The translations under genes and the position numbers were made by a program. This document shows positions 61,548 through 64,000 of a stretch of DNA of 64,000 bases, one piece after another. The DNA comes from Pelagomonas calceolata (Eukaryota). The stretch is from the NCBI GenBank assembly GCA_918797485.1, contig CAKKNE010000005.1, forward strand, positions 1,736,001 to 1,800,000, given 5' to 3'. Every line of letters begins with the position of its first letter. Position 1 is the stretch's first letter. Under the pieces are notes generated by a model, which was given only the letters and a program-made list of their open reading frames with translations, searched no databases and was not told the DNA's origin.

Positions 61548-62690
61548 TTAGAGGAGCGACGACTTCTTCTTTTCGTCGAGCTTCGTGGGGTCGCACCGGC
61601 TCTCCCGGACGAGGCAGTCGCCCCGCGCGTCGAAGACGAAGCCGAGGCGTGCGGCGAATGCCCGCGCCTCCCCGGCGTCGTCGAAGCCGAGCTGCGCGGC
61701 GAGGCACGCCGGCGGCACGGTCGGCCGGAACGCGCGGAGGACCCGGGCCGCGGCGTCGGTCCGCACCGCGTCGGCGACGGCGTCCAGCAGGTAGGCGCCC
61801 ATGTTGGGGCAGCTCTGGTGCAGCCGGAGGAACGCGACGGCGTTGCCCTGCGCGAGCGCCGCGCGCGCCGCGAGCGCGTGCGCGACGGCCGGCGCGTCCC
61901 ACAGCTTCTCGGGCAGCTCCGCGAGCGTCCGGAGCAGCTCGAGGTCCGCCGCGTCCGTGCTCTTCGAGTGGCCGAGGTGCACGTAGTAGAGGATGCGGTA
62001 CGCGAGGAACTCGGCGCGGTGCGGCGAGTCCGCGGAGTGGAGCTCGCCGAGCCGCGTCTGGCACTGGTTGTACTCGTTCAGGTCGCCGGACTCGAGCGCG
62101 ATGCGCGCGTGCGTCTCGTAGGCGTGGACCGTGAACGCGTTCTGCAGGTTCTGGACGGTCAGGTCCTGGCGGATGGCCTTGAGCTGGTTGCACGCCCAGG
62201 CGTAGTCGACGTCGCCGCCGCGCCACCGCTCCTTGAGCCGCTGGAGCGCCGCGCGGAGCACGCGCTCGGGCCGCACCGTCGCCGCGTCTGGCGCCGCCGT
62301 AAGCCGCAGGTAGTCCTTCTCCAGCGCCTCGCACGTGCCGACGATCGGCGCGCGCGCCGCCGACGGCGTCGCGGCGCGCGACCTCTTCGCGCGGCCGTCG
62401 TCGCGGAACCGCGACGCGCGCGCCGCGCGCGCCCGCTGCTCGCTCGCGTCGGGCGCCGGCGCCGGCGGCGCCGCCCCGCGGTGCTGGCGCCGCCGCTTCG
62501 GCGCGGGCTCCTCGGGCCGGTCGAGGGGCGGCGCCGGCGCCGACGCCCAGTCAATTTCTCGCACTCGTCCGTTCGCTAGCGCGCCCGAGATGATGGCGTG
62601 CAGCTTGCGCTGCATGACGCTGCGCTCGCCGTCGCCGCTGCAGGACGCGAAGCACCGCTCCGCATAGGCCCGCACCGCCGGCATGTCCAT
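61548..62690 (-). CDS. LENG8: LENG8/THP3-like SAC3/GANP-domain protein
   Basis: IVGTCEALEKDYLRLT.APD..TVRPE.VL, Y.WACNQLKAIRQDLTVQ, FTV.AYETHARIALE.GDL.EYNQCQTRL, EFLAYRILY. Confidence 0.9.
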   Translation of the reverse strand: MDMPAVRAYAERCFASCSGDGERSVMQRKLHAIISGALANGRVREIDWASAPAPPLDRPEEPAPKRRRQHRGAAPPAPAPDASEQRARAARASRFRDDGRAKRSRAATPSAARAPIVGTCEALEKDYLRLTAAPDAATVRPERVLRAALQRLKERWRGGDVDYAWACNQLKAIRQDLTVQNLQNAFTVHAYETHARIALESGDLNEYNQCQTRLGELHSADSPHRAEFLAYRILYYVHLGHSKSTDAADLELLRTLAELPEKLWDAPAVAHALAARAALAQGNAVAFLRLHQSCPNMGAYLLDAVADAVRTDAAARVLRAFRPTVPPACLAAQLGFDDAGEARAFAARLGFVFDARGDCLVRESRCDPTKLDEKKKSSLL

Positions 62691-62910
62691 GGACGACTTA
62701 CAGCGGGCTCCAAAGCCCGGCCTTTTACAGTGAAGCTGTGAACTAGTCTAGCCCAGCTTATAGACCCTCTAGCTCCGCGTGTGTGAGATTGCGGCTAGAC
62801 TAGCTCTAGGCTAGGCTGCTCCTCCTGTGCATTATTGGGGACGGGAGACTAATAGATCAGCCCGGGGCAGCGACGTCTTGCGATCTTAGCAGGGCGGGCG
62901 GAGGGGACGC

Positions 62911-64000
62911 ATGGTGGCCTTCGGCAAAAAGCTCGCGGCGGCGGCGGCGGAGGCGCCGTTCGACGCGGCCCACTACTTGGACTACGAATCGCTGAAGGCG
63001 CTCCTCTACGACCTGCAGCCGCTCCACCTGCGCGCGCCCGTCGCCGAGAACGCCCTGAGCCTGGCGGTGGCCCCGGCGACGAACGCCGCGGCGATGCCGC
63101 TCGCGCCGCTCGCCGAGGGAGAGACGCGGACGCGCGGCCACGAGGTCTTCCTCGAGCGCATGGATGCCGAGCTGCGGAAGATGGACGCGTCCGTCCCGGC
63201 GCCCGCCCCGCGCGCCCGCCCCGCGCGCCCGCCCCGCGCGCGCGCCCGGAGCGCCCCGCAGCCCGCCCGGCGCGCAGGTTCGCCCACGAGCGCGTGGTCG
63301 CCGTGCGGCGCGAGGTCCGCGCGCTCGAGGCGCTCGACGCGGGGGCGGACGTGGGCGCACGCCTGCAGGCGGCCGGCGACGCGTTCCTGGAGGTGGAGCG
63401 CTACGTGAACCTGAACGTGACCGCGGTGCGCAAGCTCCTGAAGAAGCACGACAAGGTGCTGCCCGAGCGGCCGTGCGCGGCCTTCTACACGGCGCGCATG
63501 CACGACATGCGCTGGGTGCGCAACGACTACTCGGACGTCGTCGTGCGCCTGTCGCGCCTCTACGCGGCGCGCGCGCCGGCCGCGGCGCCTGCGGACGGCC
63601 CGCGCGGTGTCGTCGACGAGCGGTCGTTCGTGCGCGCCACGACCAAGTACTGGGTGCGGAGCGACGACCTGAGCGCCGTGAAGCTGGCGATCTCGCGCCA
63701 CCTCCCCGTGCTCGTGAGCGGCGGCCGCGTCACCGAGGGCGAGTCCAAGGACTCGCAGCTGGTGAACTCGGTCTACCTCGACTCGCCCTCCCTGGAGCTG
63801 TACCACGGGCGCCTCGCGAAGCTGCCGGGAGCCGTCGCGCTGCGGCTGCGGTGGTACGGCACGGGCGAGCCGGAGGAGGTCTTCGTCGAGCGGAAGACGC
63901 ACCGCGACGCGTGGACGGGCGACGCGAGCGTGAAGGAGCGCTTCCGCGTCCTGCCGGGCGACGTCCCCCGCCTGCTGCGCGCCGAGTACGAGCCGCCAGC
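62911..64000 (+). CDS. VTC4: VTC4-like vacuolar polyphosphate polymerase (SPX + VTC domain), intron 63189-63277, 3'-truncated by window end
   Basis: SPX MVAFGKKL..YLDYESLK, NLNVTAVRKLLKKHDK; VTC SFVRATTKYWV, DSQLVNSVYLDS, LRLRWYG, VFVERKTHR..WTG..SVKERF. Confidence 0.9.

Noticed and set aside
52386..63902. Many long alternative-frame and antisense ORFs (e.g. 52415-54658, 52386-53378, 55593-56750, 61518-62579, 63006-63902)
   Set aside because: Arg/Ala/Gly/Pro-rich shadow ORFs caused by very high GC; each overlaps a recognisable gene.
1..64000. tRNA, rRNA or intact transposase genes
   Set aside because: None recognisable by eye; tRNAscan/Infernal and transposase HMM searches would be needed to exclude them.

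Overview
Eukaryotic, intron-containing DNA, most likely from a pelagophyte-type stramenopile alga (inferred from the introner-type introns, gene content and GC contrast). About 15 protein-coding genes: axonemal dynein heavy chain (5'-truncated), AP-3 mu, CEP290-like, DUF6625-like, CBP/p300 HAT, a tandem XopQ/HopQ1-like nucleoside-hydrolase-fold protein, PP2C, CCDC146, an unknown coiled-coil protein, FAB1/PIKfyve, a SHIPPO/PGP-repeat protein, PKD2-like channel, EDC4-like, METTL21-like methyltransferase, ARM-repeat protein, LENG8/THP3-like and VTC4-like (3'-truncated). The middle (~10.9-52 kb) is lower in GC with tiny introns, while the right end is very GC-rich. Intergenic DNA holds several non-autonomous TIR elements. 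The main observation is that non-coding DNA is full of 8-mers that follow one rule, XY-C-revcomp(XY)-G-XY (AACTTGAA, ACCGTGAC, GACTCGGA, CACTGGCA, AGCCTGAG, CCCGGGCC, ATCATGAT, TACTAGTA). Four internal alignments show these words arise as exact +6-bp insertions at a dinucleotide, which fits a stereotyped hairpin-mediated transposon excision scar. All family assignments are from motif recognition, not database searches.
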